Assembly (NCBI GenBank): GCA_963924565.1
Contig: OZ004613.1
Span: 13,764,001 to 13,828,000 of the forward strand
DNA length: 64,000 nt
Origin: Ascidiella aspersa
Lineage: Eukaryota
Direction: 5' to 3'
The notes under the pieces were generated by a model. It had not been told where the DNA came from. It did no database searches and saw only the letters and a list, made by a program, of their open reading frames with translations. Position numbers and translations under genes: made by a program. Of the stretch, positions 12,664-27,199 are shown in pieces (position 1 is the first letter of the stretch; every line of letters begins with the position of its first letter).

Positions 12664-15600
12664 TTGCAGTTGAGCGGTCACAGCTGTCGTGCCCAGGTGC
12701 GCTATACGCGACGCTTTCTCCCGGCACAATGGGATTCACTTCTCGTCGGATCGCTGCGATCGCTTTCTCTTGTGTTCCGTCGTGCTTGTTTTGCCGCGCT
12801 ACTCGCTTCGTCGAGAAAAAACAAGAAATCACACAGCGAGTGTTGTAAGCGTACTGCGCGGGAGAAGGTTTGTTTTAACGTTTGCAATTTTGCCGCACGA
12901 TTTTTGTGGAATATACACTACTGTTTAAAAGTAGGTTGATTTTGACGTCACTTAATATAGATTATAATTAAAGCTTACGGGCAGTCCCAAATTTGAAATT
13001 TTCACCATATACTCAGTCTAAAAAAACTTAAAACAAGTACTAAACAACAATTATTTTTTTGAAAATAAAAGACAAAAAAAGTACCTGTTACTGTAAAAAC
13101 ATTTCAAATTTGTTCATACAAACTTTATAGTTCAACTTTCCGTCAATTTGTAACATCCTTCGTACGAATACTAAAAGGTTAAAAACTATTTTCATGCAAT
13201 AAAATTCAGCCTATTGTTTCGATTAAGCAACTGCGTGTACCGGTAATTCGAGAATTGCAAACATATTAGTTTCGTGATGAATGGAGGCCCCAGTCAAGCA
13301 TAAAAGTGATGCAAATATTCTCTTATGTTTATCGTCACTTAGCCAAAAATACACAGCGTTCTCTATTTTTGCCCTACGAATTTCACAAATAGCAATTTCA
13401 CAGCACTAATCTCACCTCGAATTTGTCAATGTAAGGCTCGAAAAAGGGCCGTGGAATCCAATCGCGGTGGCGAATCCAATCATCACTTAAGCGGCGCAAG
13501 AGCGGATCAACTCTGGGATGCCGAGTCCCGCCACAATGACTCGATTCATTGTTCGTACGACGATTGAGCGCTCGTGTGAAGCTGGAATTATTCGTGATAA
13601 AATACCGCGGAATCTTTCGCTTGCTTTCGCTTGACTGCCAACAGCGAATCAAAGGGACTTTATTATGATCTACGCCACGCACAGCTGTTCGCAATGGCTG
13701 GTAAAATGGGCCCCAACATCAATGATTTCCCCCATATAACCTTATCTTGTTCAAATCAACGGTGTGCATGCAATTACGTTAAAAGACTGAAATCGTTGTT
13801 CAGTGATTTCACTTAATTTTACCGAAAAAGTACAAAATTCGTGGAAATCCCTTCTCGTTTTTAGAGAGCAATAATAATCTTTGTAACACGAGTGTTGTTT
13901 GCAAATGTATGCCGCAGTTACACAATTAATAAGACCTAGAATGCTTAAAAAAGTAGCGTCATCAAGATGACGTTTTCCCAAACATGGTGTCACCTTACTT
14001 AAATTAGGTCATAAAATAATGTAGTATCGTTCAACACATCTCTAAAAAAAAACAGCACGTTTTTCGTTTTTCCATATAAGTATAAAAGGTAAAAAGCAAT
14101 GCATTTTTATCAGGTTTCTTTTTGTCTAACTTACCAGGAGGTAGGCGCTTCACTTACATATTGCTTTTTTTACACTCGCCTTTAACTGAAAGCAATGTCG
14201 AACCCCAACAACTTCATGCAAATGTCAAGAAAAAGGGTGTCGACTTGGGCAATTTTAGCGCCATTTTTTAATTTTTATTTTGTTCTATTTAAAATATAAT
14301 ATGTCGGAATTAGAACGTTTTCTTATTTAAGTGGGAAGGGCAGTGGTGGGCCGGACCCAGCCCGCGAACCGTATAGTATTTAGGGGAGAAAATAAAGACT
14401 TTTGAAGCTTAATTTAAAAACCATGAAGTTAACTACTACCGAAGAATATAAAATTAAGTTAAGTTCCGGCCAGCAGTGTCTATTTCACAAATTGCTGCAA
14501 TTTGGATTCACACTCTCATCTCGTAAAGCCTTTAGCTCACATCATTTAGAAAATAATGTTACTTGACTACTTGCAGCCATTTTTACGTATTGATAAAGGA
14601 TGAAACACGGTAAATATTGCATGCAAAACATGTCTTTTAGTCAAGTTTACAAGAAAAGAACATAAAAAAGAATCATTTGTAGACGTATTCTCACGACGAC
14701 GGTAGCGTAACGAACGATATTGTAAACCAAAAACAGGTGGGAGATTTGTCGCCGTTTGTCGCGGCATGCCACTCTTATTTCGCACAAGCGACGACAAGGA
14801 AATTACCGAAGAATCGGTCAACAACACCAGGCGCGTAAGTGAGCCTCGATAAAATAACAGCAAGTATGCGTGTTATTTGATATCGAACAGGTGGCGCACC
14901 GCTTCCACTTGCAGTTTTGGCCGCAAATTTGTCGTGCATCATCCAACGTTGGGAAATCGAACGTGCTGCGAAACAAATCTAAACGGTCAGGTTTCGGACA
15001 GATGTTCGCTTTTGCCAAAGAAAGTTGGACCACCCACAGCAGAAAAGGGCATCGTCGGCTAAGTGTTGGTTCACCTGCGCCACTGTGCTATGGCGCGTTT
15101 TCGTGTTTTTTTATAAGACAAATCAGCCTCTCAGCTTTAGAACACGGTAAGTGCAGCAAAAGCCCACCTAAGTGGCGGGCCACGTGTAACAACATACACA
15201 TAAATACACCAAAAAACATTTCGAGTGAATAAAGCGAAGGCTTAATAAGGCCGCAAGGACTTTTCCCATAGATGGCTGACTTGATAACGACTCTCGCGTG
15301 TAGGACCACATACGAACTTCGTTATTGGGACGTCGTTAATTTGTTAACAACAGCATGGGCGGGGCTTGGCAGTCAAGCGCCTCAACATTTAATGTTTCGT
15401 GTTATTTGTTTGGGGTTGCAGTTCGGCGGGAAGCGTTAATGCCACATCTTCGCAGATGTGTTTTTTAGGTGCGATGAAATCTAAATATTATTTGACTTGC
15501 GCGTTTGGGTGGGCTGATATGACTTGAGACAAAGTGCGACTGATCCATTTTGTCTATGTGGAACAAAACTTTACCGTTAACTATTTTGTTAAACGTGACT

Positions 15601-18600
15601 GATCATCGTGAGTTTTCAACAACAAGGGTTTAGACGGCAAAACATAACTATAGCAATTTTATAAAATTACTAAATTCTCTGATCAGGTTTTACTCGCTGG
15701 AGGCCAATGATTTGACTTCGAATTGCTTGCTCATAAGCTGATTTGACTTACATGGCACTGGCCAATATAATTTTCCTGACTGAAACTTGAGTTGTTTTGC
15801 AAGTAACCTAATTGAGAACTTTGTTGTAAATAGGATGGCTTTAAATTAGTGTTAGGTTAACTTAAACAGTATTTAATCAAGCCTGAAAAGGGCGTTTATT
15901 CCGTAAAATTTAGCAACTATTAAAAAAATCAAATTATCACATTTGATTCATTGTCAACTGGTAAACTTCTTTATAACGTCGGTAATTTCGGTGACCACAA
16001 GGCAAAATCCACGTTGCCGCTTTTATGCGTTGAGAATGTTAAACGCTTATAGGTAAAACAAAACAACAAAACAACCTCCAACCCCGTTCGGACGCATTGG
16101 GTCCAATCAGGTCCACAAAGATCCGCCAAGCGTCTTTGCGCGTCTTACCGCAACAAGCTATGCCGAAGCGCGCGGCTTCGAACGAACCACATTCCGGTCG
16201 CACAGCTGGCGTGCCGGCGCATAGGGGTAGATCTCCACTCGAGATTAGACGCCCAGGTTTTGCGTTACGGTCTCTTCAGTCGCCGGCATCAGAGGCCGCT
16301 AAACGCTTTCTGGTGTTTTTCGACTGTTGTTTTTTCAAATTTAAGTGTCGCCATCAGTGCTGGCGTGTCCGCGCACCCGTCAGGTTTAAGCTGGCGTTTG
16401 ATCGCGCACAGTTGCTGTTCAGGTCTAAGAAATGTTTAATTATAACTCACTTTATAGAAATATTTTGTTCAACAAAAACACTTAACCAGGCTAAAATGAG
16501 TCTCAACGCCTTAGATCAAGTCATGGTGAAGTAAATTGATTGTTTAATGTATTACATTACAGTATTACACATGTTCAAGGAGCTTGTTTATCCGGCGGGA
16601 AATCTCGCAAAGCTTTCTAAAAATTAAAACGAAAGAGGAAAAGGGTTTCAAGAAAAACAATCACCCTTCTCGAAGGGTTTCGTCAACAGTCCCCCGGAAG
16701 GTGAGGGGGATTAGGTAGCGAGAGCGCGCGCGACAAAAATAGGAGGTTAGTCCCTCTTCGTCGATCAGGTGCGGGCAGCCTCGCGTTATGACAGCTGGCC
16801 AGCAGGCCGCGGCTCACGCGTAATTGCGGCCTATCGTTTTACGCGCAGCGCCTTTACGCGAAAGAAAGGGAGACGAAGATGGAAGGGGCGAAATAACGCC
16901 GTCGTCGGGGTATTACTTTTACGTCGGAAAGCCGGATAAACGGCGGCTTTGTCGTTTTTCCACCGTGAACTGTTGCAGCCGGCCCGCTGCATGAACGCCT
17001 TGTAACACATCTTCGCGGGAAACTCGTTCAAAGTTTAAGCGCGTGGGTATATGCATGTTTTGAGGTAAATTTTAATGTAAACTTTGTTACGCGTTTGGCA
17101 AGCCGCGGCAACACTCGTCTCGAAGGTGACCGCTGCGAAACACGGTACTGAAACGTTTTGACGTTTGTGAACAATAGTTTTTTGTTAAAAAAACGTTTGT
17201 TGTTTTCTTACAAAATGATAATCCTGGAAAAAGGCACGGCGCAGTTGCTTTACCACTAAAAACAAGCAGAAGTCTCCAAAGCCATCATCAAGATTCCTTT
17301 TTTCATGCAACGCCAGGTGTACGATGCTACTATTCCTTGTACGTTTTCCCTACTTACTCATCCTTAACCAGCTGACCATTCTATAAACAAGGAGTCAAAA
17401 CTTCGGAGATAGATCATGGCGAGGAGCTGACAGTATTGTGAAAACTCACTACGCACCGAAGAGTGCAACTACGCGTGCTGATCCATCGTCGAATTAAAAA
17501 GTATACAGCGATATATCTGGCTAAATAGCAAAGGGCCTCTTTTATGACTAAAGGTCAACATCGTTGTGTGTTTAAACGAGTAAGCCCAAGAAATTCACAG
17601 TATCGCTGTAACATATCACACCGAAAAATGCGTCGTCCTTGAGTGCTACAATCTCCTTTGCACACCATTGCGTCCTCGCGAAGAACGTTTTTTGACACTA
17701 CAGGACAACCAAGGCTCCTGGAGGCACCACATAAGATGCCGCTCAACGAAAACTTTAAGTGCTGCTAGGCCTCAACAGCGCGCTTGTTATTTGTTTGGTT
17801 TCTCTGTATTTGCTGGGTTGACCCACATTTTTAGCTGACAATTTCATGTTACTATTGTTCATAAATAAAGATAACTTAAAATTACGAGCGAAAAATATTT
17901 AAGGTAGAATCCTAAAACCAGATTATTTTTTTTTAACCCGAACCAAATACAAAATCCTAGACAATATGTGTACAAGACATGTCCAAAATGTATTCATATT
18001 TCAAAAGGACGTTTAGAGCAATCGCATGTTTTGCTCTGTATTTAAGTGAATACCAATCACCTTACATGAGCTTACGATATTTGTTGCACTTGAAAGCAGG
18101 TGTGTCGTACGAGACCCCTAAAGTTTATTAAGTCTGTACCTGTTCCTAGAACAAGTTTGATAAGCCCCACAGGTCTAAGTGACTCATTTTTGTTGGGAGA
18201 TGGGAAGCACCTGTTGCCCGCGACAAAAACAGTCAGCTTGTCATCCCGGGTACTGCTGTTTACGTTTCTCAAGTATTGCAGGACGACTGGACGTGCGACG
18301 ATGTCTTGAAGGCGGTTACAGAATTCCAGATCGCATATTTCGTGAGCATATGCACGTAGCCTTATTTCACCGGCCTATGTGTTATTAATGTTGAGTTGCC
18401 GGCGCTTTTTCTGGCCAGCTGAACACACACGGCCCCGCAACAGTGGAGAGATTTATTAGTGAATCGTTTTTGAATCGGCAATTCCTGCTGTTTGTCGGCG
18501 TAGAAGTCTTGCCACCAAATTGGATGAGTTCTGCAGACTTAACGTGCTAGATTTTTCGTAGGGGAATATCAATACTATAAGATACATATCGCAAGGATCC

Positions 18601-19321
18601 AAATATTTTTGACATTTTTTATTTCAATACTCAATAAGCAAGTACTTTAAAATTCAGTGAGGTTATAGTTGTTTTGTGCGGTTAACTATATCACCCTAAG
18701 TAGAAACAAAAAAAAAACAACGGTCATTTTTTGTGATATTTATTTATTTTTGATGTTTATAGTTGTTCGTCAACTTTTTCACATTTTTAGCTTTTCAGCT
18801 ATCCTTTTAAAAGTATTTTGTATTTATAGCAACCAATTCTAAAGTGGAGACAGAGCGTCATTGATTTTCTTTCGGGATACTAATAGACTATGAATTTCTT
18901 CGTAATTATACTGTCAACCTGGTTACTAAAGTAAAGAGAAACTTAGGCCTACTCAAATATTTTAAACGCATTTTTAAAATGTCGCACCTATAATTTATCA
19001 ACGACACTTGACAGGAAGACAGTTTATGAATGTTTGCACCTATTGCAAATAAATAGCCACAAAGGTTAGCAGGTGCCATTATAGGGTTATTCCATCACTC
19101 CGATATCTGGTTATCAAATCCATTAGCGCTTTCGCTGTTACAGTAAACGGTGCCTAAAAGCATTTTTAGACAAGTCATGTTGGACATAACCAGCAGGTGC
19201 AGATTTCCTCTCTGCCAGTAAAACGTCAACGAAATGACAAATAGGTTTCTCGTTGGCAACGTTTACGATTTCCGCATATATTGTACAGTGCTTACGTCAA
19301 AATGCGCCATACAGTCTATGG

Positions 19322-19576
19322 CAGTGGTTGCTAAACTTTTTCCTTGCTGTACAATTTTTAAATCACCAACAAGTTTTCGCACCCCTTTCAAATCACCAAC
19401 CAATTCTCGCACCCCCTTCTAAAATTGCTTAAATAACAAAAATATTGTATTTTATTTTTATACAAGTAACTGTTAACACAATAAAACAATACCAAAATGT
19501 GAGTTAGTTTACATTTAACTGAGCAAAGAAATAAACTACAGTTTGGGGTGCGAGCACCCCTGGTTAAGAAACCCTG
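19322..19576. mobile_element. Non-autonomous hAT MITE, 255 bp
   Basis: Ends CAGTGGTTGCTAAAC / GGTTAAGAAACCCTG. TSD GTCTATGG / GTCTATAG (7/8). Internal tandem duplication of AAATCACCAAC..TCGCACCCC. Confidence 0.85.
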
Positions 19577-21894
19577 GTCTATAGTGATGGGAAATCTTCT
19601 GGCCACAGAATTTCTTGGTGATGTTGTCGAAAGTCGCACTTATAGCCGAGTTCACACGCGCCTTTGGGACAAACACGATTCGTTCGTCCAGCGTTTTATG
19701 TGTTCGTCAAGCAGGTCGTAAACCAGTCATTTTGGCAATGACTCTAGTCCAAATATAAGGCAAGTCGTTAAATTAACAAGCTAAGTTACCGCCATCACCA
19801 ATAAAGCAAACTTTAAGAAATAAATACGTTATATGAGTCCTGGCATGTGTTCACAAAATACAGTACAACCCAATTACCAATATGCCGTTCTTTAAAAAAC
19901 TTTTAAAACCCAATAAGGTTAATTGATCTAAGACTGTTTATAAAAACAAATAAAACATAAAAATTTTTTTTTAATTTACAGAATTATATATTTCGCCTAT
20001 AAGGTTGATTGGTCTTTGTTTAGGCAAGTCATCCTGAACGGTTATCATATATTTAATCACAATGTGAAAAATGTCGGTTAAGTCATGTCAACAACGACTT
20101 GGTATAGGTTGCAACAAAGTGTCGATACCGCGGCCTTTCCGTAAGAGACATAAGTAAACGATATCCTAGAGGCAAAACGCTTGTTAAATCACAGCTATAA
20201 ATTCGAAGCCTCGTCGATTAATTATCCGCGAGGCAAGAAAACGCGACAATCTCGAAAAGTCTACATGGAGTTACAAAAAATTCAGGACAAATTGCTTGCT
20301 TACAAATCAAGGCCTGGAGGTCCGAATTTTTTGTGCAAGGGAGGGCACGGAAAGAACGTGTGCTACTCGGGCACCCGGTCGCAGCCGCTGCTGGCTGGCC
20401 TGTGTTTATTCAGCTGGCGATTCGCGAAAACAAACATGACATCACAGGTGACGCAAACACGACGCGGGGCAACGAGCGTCGTTTCGGGGCTCGAGCGAAA
20501 TCGGCGCGTTACTTATTTTAGCAGAAATAATAAACACGCATTATTATTATTTCAGGTATATAAATACTAAAAAAAATAGTAATGCGGCCCTTTTTAGCAT
20601 TGCTCTGGTGTTCGCCATTACAGTAAATCGATGTTTCCTTTTTATTACTCGAAAAAATGTACTTAGGCGGGACATGGCACGCGCGCCAGTCAAGACCCAG
20701 CTGGTGTAGATAAGAAAATGCGTGTAATAATTTGGGGAGAGGGTTATAGCTTTGACATCCTTGGCGATTTCTATTTGTTTTCGTTTTATGATTAAACGGG
20801 AGTCGGAACTACTATACGAAGATCGACTCTTTGGGTCGGTGAGGACTGTTTGCACAGCTTGCCTTGGGACAGATTTCATAAAATCCTTCAATTGGAGTTG
20901 CCCTACACATTGGAGCTAAACTGGAAGATCTACAACTGCTGCATGCAACCCGTACCCGATCTGAATACTTTGGATGGCACAAAGCCGGGTTTAAACCTCA
21001 CTTTGTCGTCGTTCACGACCAGCAGTGGATAGATGACCACCTACTGGTAGAAGGTAGTATATCGCTTGAGGAAGACATGCAAATATATCGCTTATTACTT
21101 GAACAATCAAGGAAATTTTGCGTATTTATGGGTGGAAATGCGAATCTTGACTTTCGATGCCCAATAAAATTAACTTTACGCAAGTAACACAAACAGTTAT
21201 TTGGTTTTTAATATACTTTTTGAAACACCACAAAAGGGGCACGTTTGGGGTTGGGTGAGTGCATGTGTTCGGGCAATGTCAGGGTTAGTTTTATTAAATT
21301 AAAAAACACTATTTACCTATTGTTTATGATTTATGCTCTTATCTGGAAATCTGCGGCGTATTTAATCTATAAGTGCAAGAAAGTACATCGAAGCTATTTA
21401 CACTGCTCGGCTTGAGGGCCGAATAAGTTAGATCACTCTTTGGTTGATTTGTCTTAATTGTGCAAAATTTTCATTGAAACATCCCATTGCAATTTCATCG
21501 GATCGGCCATAAGGCGAAGTACGTGGCCGCTATTAACGATATATGTATCCTGGATTATGACATTAAGGTGTCTCCTTTTAGAATCCATTCTACCTGTCAA
21601 CCCGTCGTGGTTGATAAGTGAACATAAACAGGATTGAAAATGATTAACAATTGATTTACGCAGAAGATCTTAGTCTTAAGTATTATATTTCGCTAAAGCC
21701 AGATTATATTTCCTGAACAAACATTTTTTAAACGGATAATGATAAATTCCGGGTAACCGTACAATGCTAAAAGTCTGATCATATACTGTTTCTTATGAAG
21801 ATAAGTTTTTCGTTCTTCGTTTACGAAATCCTTAAAATACATACTTTAAAGGAGTGGACAAGATATGGTCGTATCCTTCGGTTTCAGGCGATAT

Positions 21895-22242
21895 TAAGGA
21901 TGTCCAATAATGTCGGATCAGAGGCAATATCCGATGCCAGATGGCAGTATCGGTACTCGTCCTATGCTAGGTTGGTATCTGTGCTGATCCGATACCGAAT
22001 TGACATAACAATGTCAGCCATGATCCACGCACCAACTAAAATCAAATATATTTAACAGAGGTAAAAAAAAACTTGTTAATGCTAAAGCAAATGTTGGCCT
22101 GACAACAAAAAAGGCTTTTTAAACGATTCAAGATTGCATATTTTGCTTGTTTGAGCTTATTATTGGTGTTATTTGGTATCGGATTGCGATAATACTAGGT
22201 ATCAATATCGGAATGGGAATAAAATACTTTTGGACATTCCTA
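21895..22242. mobile_element. Degenerate hAT (Ac-type, TAGGGATG-like ends) MITE
   Basis: Ends TAAGGATGTCCAA / TTGGACATTCCTA (11/13 complementary), with many ATCGG/CCGAT subterminal motifs. TSD not preserved. Confidence 0.55.
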
Positions 22243-25200
22243 TTGGTGGTATCACAAATTTTTTCACAAATCCATTTTTTAAGTTTGTAATATTTTCATG
22301 ATTAACCACCAGTCCCTTATCCAAGTAACTATAGCTAAGAATTCTTTAAGGGTACATGAACTTATGCCGTTTATTTTAAATTGGTATATTCACAAAACAA
22401 TAAAATATCATGTTTTATTCAGATTACGAAGTCCGACAGCTTTGTGGATTTAAGAAGAATTAAGGTCAACGCGTTTGTGCGTAGAAGGGAAAAAACTACC
22501 ATTATAAATGCAGAACACACGAACCCTTGTTAATAGCACATCACGGTTTGCCTATAGTCGTATGGCGCGCTCTGTTTAAGCCAGCGAATTTTGCTGCATT
22601 GGTCCGCAAAGAAGCGCCTTTATCGGTCAATGTGAAGCCATTATGCCGGCGGTTTTGTGCATACACGGCAGCGGCGGGCCGTCCATTGAATGGAGTTATT
22701 GCGCGGCAAACAAGGCGGTCCACCACCAGCTGGCCCCGGCAGCTCAACTGCTGCACACTTTTTGACCGCGCACTAATGATTAATGACTTAAGCGACCTAG
22801 ATGTGCTTTTTGGGTATTTGGCTTCAAAGCGGCTTTCCCTGTGATATCTCATGGCAACAAATAGTTCGAAACTGCCTTATTGCGTCCGTATTATTGTTAT
22901 CGCCCATAAAATATGTTAGTGTGGCAAATGGGAGGCTTGTCCGTAGCCGTCGTTTTAAAAGGGCGCATTAATCTGGCAGCCGCGAACTTACAGGGCCGGC
23001 CCGGGATCAAAGGATCCGACGGCAGCGCGAAAATTCGCGAAGACGTGCGCCGGCTTGGGAAAAGGGACTCCCTTTGCGCTGTGGAAATATTTAATCGCTG
23101 CTGCAGCTTTGATTGTCGCTCGCACACAAACACCCATGCCATGCCACCGCTCGCCTGTTATTGGATGCCAACGCGAAGAGGCAGGAATCCAGCGAACAGG
23201 TGTGCGGGCAAGACTTATGAAAGTCCCCGCCAGATGTGGACTGGGTGATTGGCATTTTTTATTGTCTGCAAATTGGTTAATTCGTAAATTAATTTATATG
23301 AGAAGCAATAAAATGGCATTTTTATACACTGTAGTTGAATTTCTCCCTAGTCGGCTTACAAAACAACGAAATTATCAATCCACAGCTGGTTATGTGGCGT
23401 TTTAGTAATATACACAATGTACAAACAGCATTAATTAGATACTGAACTTTAAGGTTGGATGAAGTTGGATTCCGGTAAATAAGACAACATCTGGGAATAT
23501 AAAGAATACCGAGTGTTTGCTTAAAACATTTCCTTCTCCAATTGGAAAATTGAATAAAGCCCGGCTGTAAATCAAATTCCCTGCGTGGAGAACAATCGCG
23601 TTTCCAGCTGATCTATCGTATACCGCACCACCCCTGAAGTAAAATATGCAGAAACAGTATCCCATGTTGTCAATGTAAAGTCAAATATAAACCAACAAGT
23701 TGGTCATTTTTAATTCAACTACTAATATTGCGTTCAAAATCGCTCAGTAATATTTAAGAATCGCTGCATTATCTCCCAAAAACAACAGTAGCCGTTTCCA
23801 GAGTAATGGGTCGTGAATAACGCCAGGCATCATTCGCTAATCTCTTAAAACTAATCCCAAAGGATTTGATAAATTCTTAAGAGTGCGCAAAAGTGCCCAA
23901 ATCAGAAGAAGCAGCCAGGTGTACGATCGGGAGAGATACACGTACAAAAACACAACCAGCTGTTTTTTTCGGTCCGGTCGGTCAGGTAGAAAACTTGTTT
24001 TGCGATCAAATCGAGACAGCTGTATTGATTGTTACAAGCAGGAAGCTAAGGCGCCCGCATAAACTTTTACGGGTGAGGAGGGGGTTTTAATTTACTCGCA
24101 AGCAAACAATAGAAATCTTTGTTTACTCCGTGATAACTTTGAAAAGTTTATGAAGCTCTTGAAAGATCTCACACCCTGTCGATTTTACTGATGCCTTAAA
24201 GTGATGTCAACAAACGTATTAACTAATTTGATATTAGTTTTATTTGATTAATGTTACCAGAAAAACGTTTCAAAACAGATGCATAAAAATTCCATCGGAA
24301 ACAAAGTTTTACTCGACCTGCATCTGAGCCAAGCTCGACATAAACATTATTTTATCCTTTAATTTATCACAGGGGCCAAGAACTCCCCTAGTACCCTTAC
24401 CTTCCCTTGCTAACAAACTGCGGGTAATTTGTCGCTGCGATGTTGGTCGGCGGAAAAAGCCCAGATGCAATCTATTAGCTTGTTTGCTGAGAAAACCAAT
24501 TAGCCGACCGCGGCGATTGCGCTGGCAATTAAATCGCTCCGGCGCCGCTGCGCGGAATGGCAATTGTTGCACTTCAAAGTTTTTAACTGACTGCTTGTGT
24601 TTATCCGGCGCGGGCACTTAGCACCGACAGGGTGCCATGTAATGCCTGTTCGATGAGTTTGCTTTGCAATTTCGCAGGAAACGACCGTTTCGCGTGTGAG
24701 CGAACGAGCGAGAAACAAGAGAGAGGAATAAGAGACAAAACGAGGAGCACAAAACGATGTCAACGGCCCCGTTAGGTTGGTTTAAACAAAACACGCTTAA
24801 GAATCACTTTCAAACCACAATTCGTTGTTCTTTACATCCCTGAAGTTACATGTCTTCCTAAAAATGTTCACTGTGTTTACGATTTGAATTCCCTCGGCAT
24901 TGCAAATGGCAGAAGATTGCTGGTGTTTATGTTTTAATACATTTTAGGTGGCGACGTAACTAGCCTAATGGCTTTTCCGGTCAGCGACGCTATATTTAAC
25001 ACAAAGGTAAAAAGTGTGGGAAAGCAAGCGAGCTTATGTGTCCAGGAGTGTCCGAACTGGCGACTGCAAGACTGGTGTAAAGTTCTTTACACGAAAACTG
25101 TTTTAAAAGCTTGAGAATAAAATGTTAGTCAATACGTCTTGACTGACCCCTAGACAGGAATATTATACCTTGGTCGACATGAAGTATATTAAACAAACAG

Positions 25201-26911
25201 CGCTGTATATTGTGGATGGCCAGGTGGAATCGTAATCACTGGTTGACATATAAATTGGAAAGCTTGCATTCGTTTTCTTCGGGCAAATTTAGGCGTTTAG
25301 GCGTAGGGAGAATGGAGGTGCTGTGGTCTCTATCTGGTTCTTAAAAATTTACCACGACCGCCTGAATAATTATTAATTTTTTTAGAGTCACTGCAACAGC
25401 TCTCTAAACAGCCACAGTCAACAGCGGTTTATTTGTCGCCGCGCCGCGCCCCTCAATTAGCGGCACAAAGGCTTCCCCAATTGCCAATATTATTCGGTTG
25501 CAATCTCGAATTTTCCGTCATAATCCGTCCGGGAAGAAATGATCGATCCGCGAAGCGGTTCCCTTATCGACTGGCGCGCGTCGCTCGTATCGCCGAAAGC
25601 CAACAGATAAGGCCCGAGTCAAATCGCGTTTTTACGAGCATCAATGGCGGTCGGCGGGTTTACACAGGCGCGAGGCACAACAGGTGCGCTTTGTCGCGCC
25701 CAGGCCAGGGTTAGGGTTCAGGTGCTTGGCCGCGGAATGCGCGCACGCTCACGTGTGTATCGAGATCACAAGGCGCTAAAGCTAAAGATAAGCTCGTCGC
25801 TTTAAGCCTGGAACGGCGGAAGCGGGCCTTCCAAGCCGCCGCTGAGTAAGCATCGTTGGACATCAATTAGCCCTAAGTGTGAAAATCTCCGCTTTTTCAA
25901 GGCCCTTCACTCTTGTCGGCGGACGCCCGGTTGTGGTGGCGCTTGCTGACAACTCGAGTCGAAGGCAAACAGAGCATTGGCCGAGTCTCATTCAAGTACG
26001 TTCCTTGATTGATGACTTGGGTTGCTTTAGGGGCGAACTCCTTTGCGCTCGAGGCACAACGAACAGGAAGAGACGCTTAAGACTTGGGGCCGATTGTTGA
26101 AAAACAAACTTTGTCCGCAGTACACAAGGCTGTCTCGCGTATAGGGCGCACAATCTTGTGTTCACTGTTCGATCGATTCTGGTAAAAAATCATGTTTTGA
26201 ACAACCTCTTTACTTGGGCCGCCAGTTCGGTTAAGTATTTAAAACAAATTGAGTTTCTCAGCCAATCAAAGTAAACATAAAGACTTAACTTAGAACTAGG
26301 CGTTTTCTAAATAGCTATTTGGAAAGTGGTTTATTTAAAACTCAACTTAAAACGTAAAAAAGGTTTGATACGTCATTGTGCAGTTTCGCTTTTATGCATT
26401 TGGAGTAGAAGTCATTAATCTAACATGGGCTTGACTTGCTATTTATTGGCTTCCAGTGCAACTTGACTTTCAATGATGTCTGGATCTGTGGAGCCTTGGC
26501 TTGTTAACTTAACTGGGACTGAAGTCGTTTGTTTACGTCCCATTTTGAAACTTTGGCTAAAGACAAAGTGGTTTGCTGTTATTAAGGCATATCCTACTGA
26601 ATGCAACGCACGTATTTTGACGATAAACCTAATTTAGAACACACACACTCACACTTTTATGCAAGGCAGCACTTTTAGCTTTACATTCTATATTCGGCCA
26701 AACCGTTGATAAAACCTGATTTCGGGTGAGCCACCATTTGAGCCTATTTTATGGATACAAGGGCCAGACGACCGGCAACAGAATGTTTTGATGAACTTGG
26801 AATAAAGTCGCAAGTTTGTCCCATTAAACAATTTCTTCCCAAACCTCTCTGCGCTGACAAATAAACTCTGGTACTGCGTTCTGAATCGTTAGAGGTAGCT
26901 ATACCATAGAC

Positions 26912-27199
26912 CAGTCAACCGCGGCACCCTGGGGTGCCATTTCTAATGCTCAAGGGTGCCGAGAGATATTTGATAATCTTTAAGAATCTGATTTTTGCTC
27001 ATCTCTTACAAATCTTTGTGTAAGATTATAGATCAATGAATCCAATTGTAACTTCCTATGCGATGTGTAGAGTTGATGTGTGTTGTTCCAGTTCCATTTA
27101 TAGTGACATTTCAGCAAAATACTGAAGGAAAATTCCGGTTGGGGTGCCGAAAATCTACTTATTATTTTTGAGGGGTGCCGTAAGCCATAAAAGGTTGAG
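26912..27199. mobile_element. Eroded hAT-like MITE
   Basis: Left TCAACCGCGGCACCCTGGGGTGCC, repeated GGGTGCCG motifs and right AAAAGGTTGAGA. Termini truncated. Confidence 0.45.

Noticed and set aside
20800-21187. About 100-codon stop-free frame (IGVALHIGAKLEDLQ..) with a protein-like look
   Set aside because: No recognisable homology, early start codon or flanking splice signals; may be a TE or viral relic but cannot be supported without a search.
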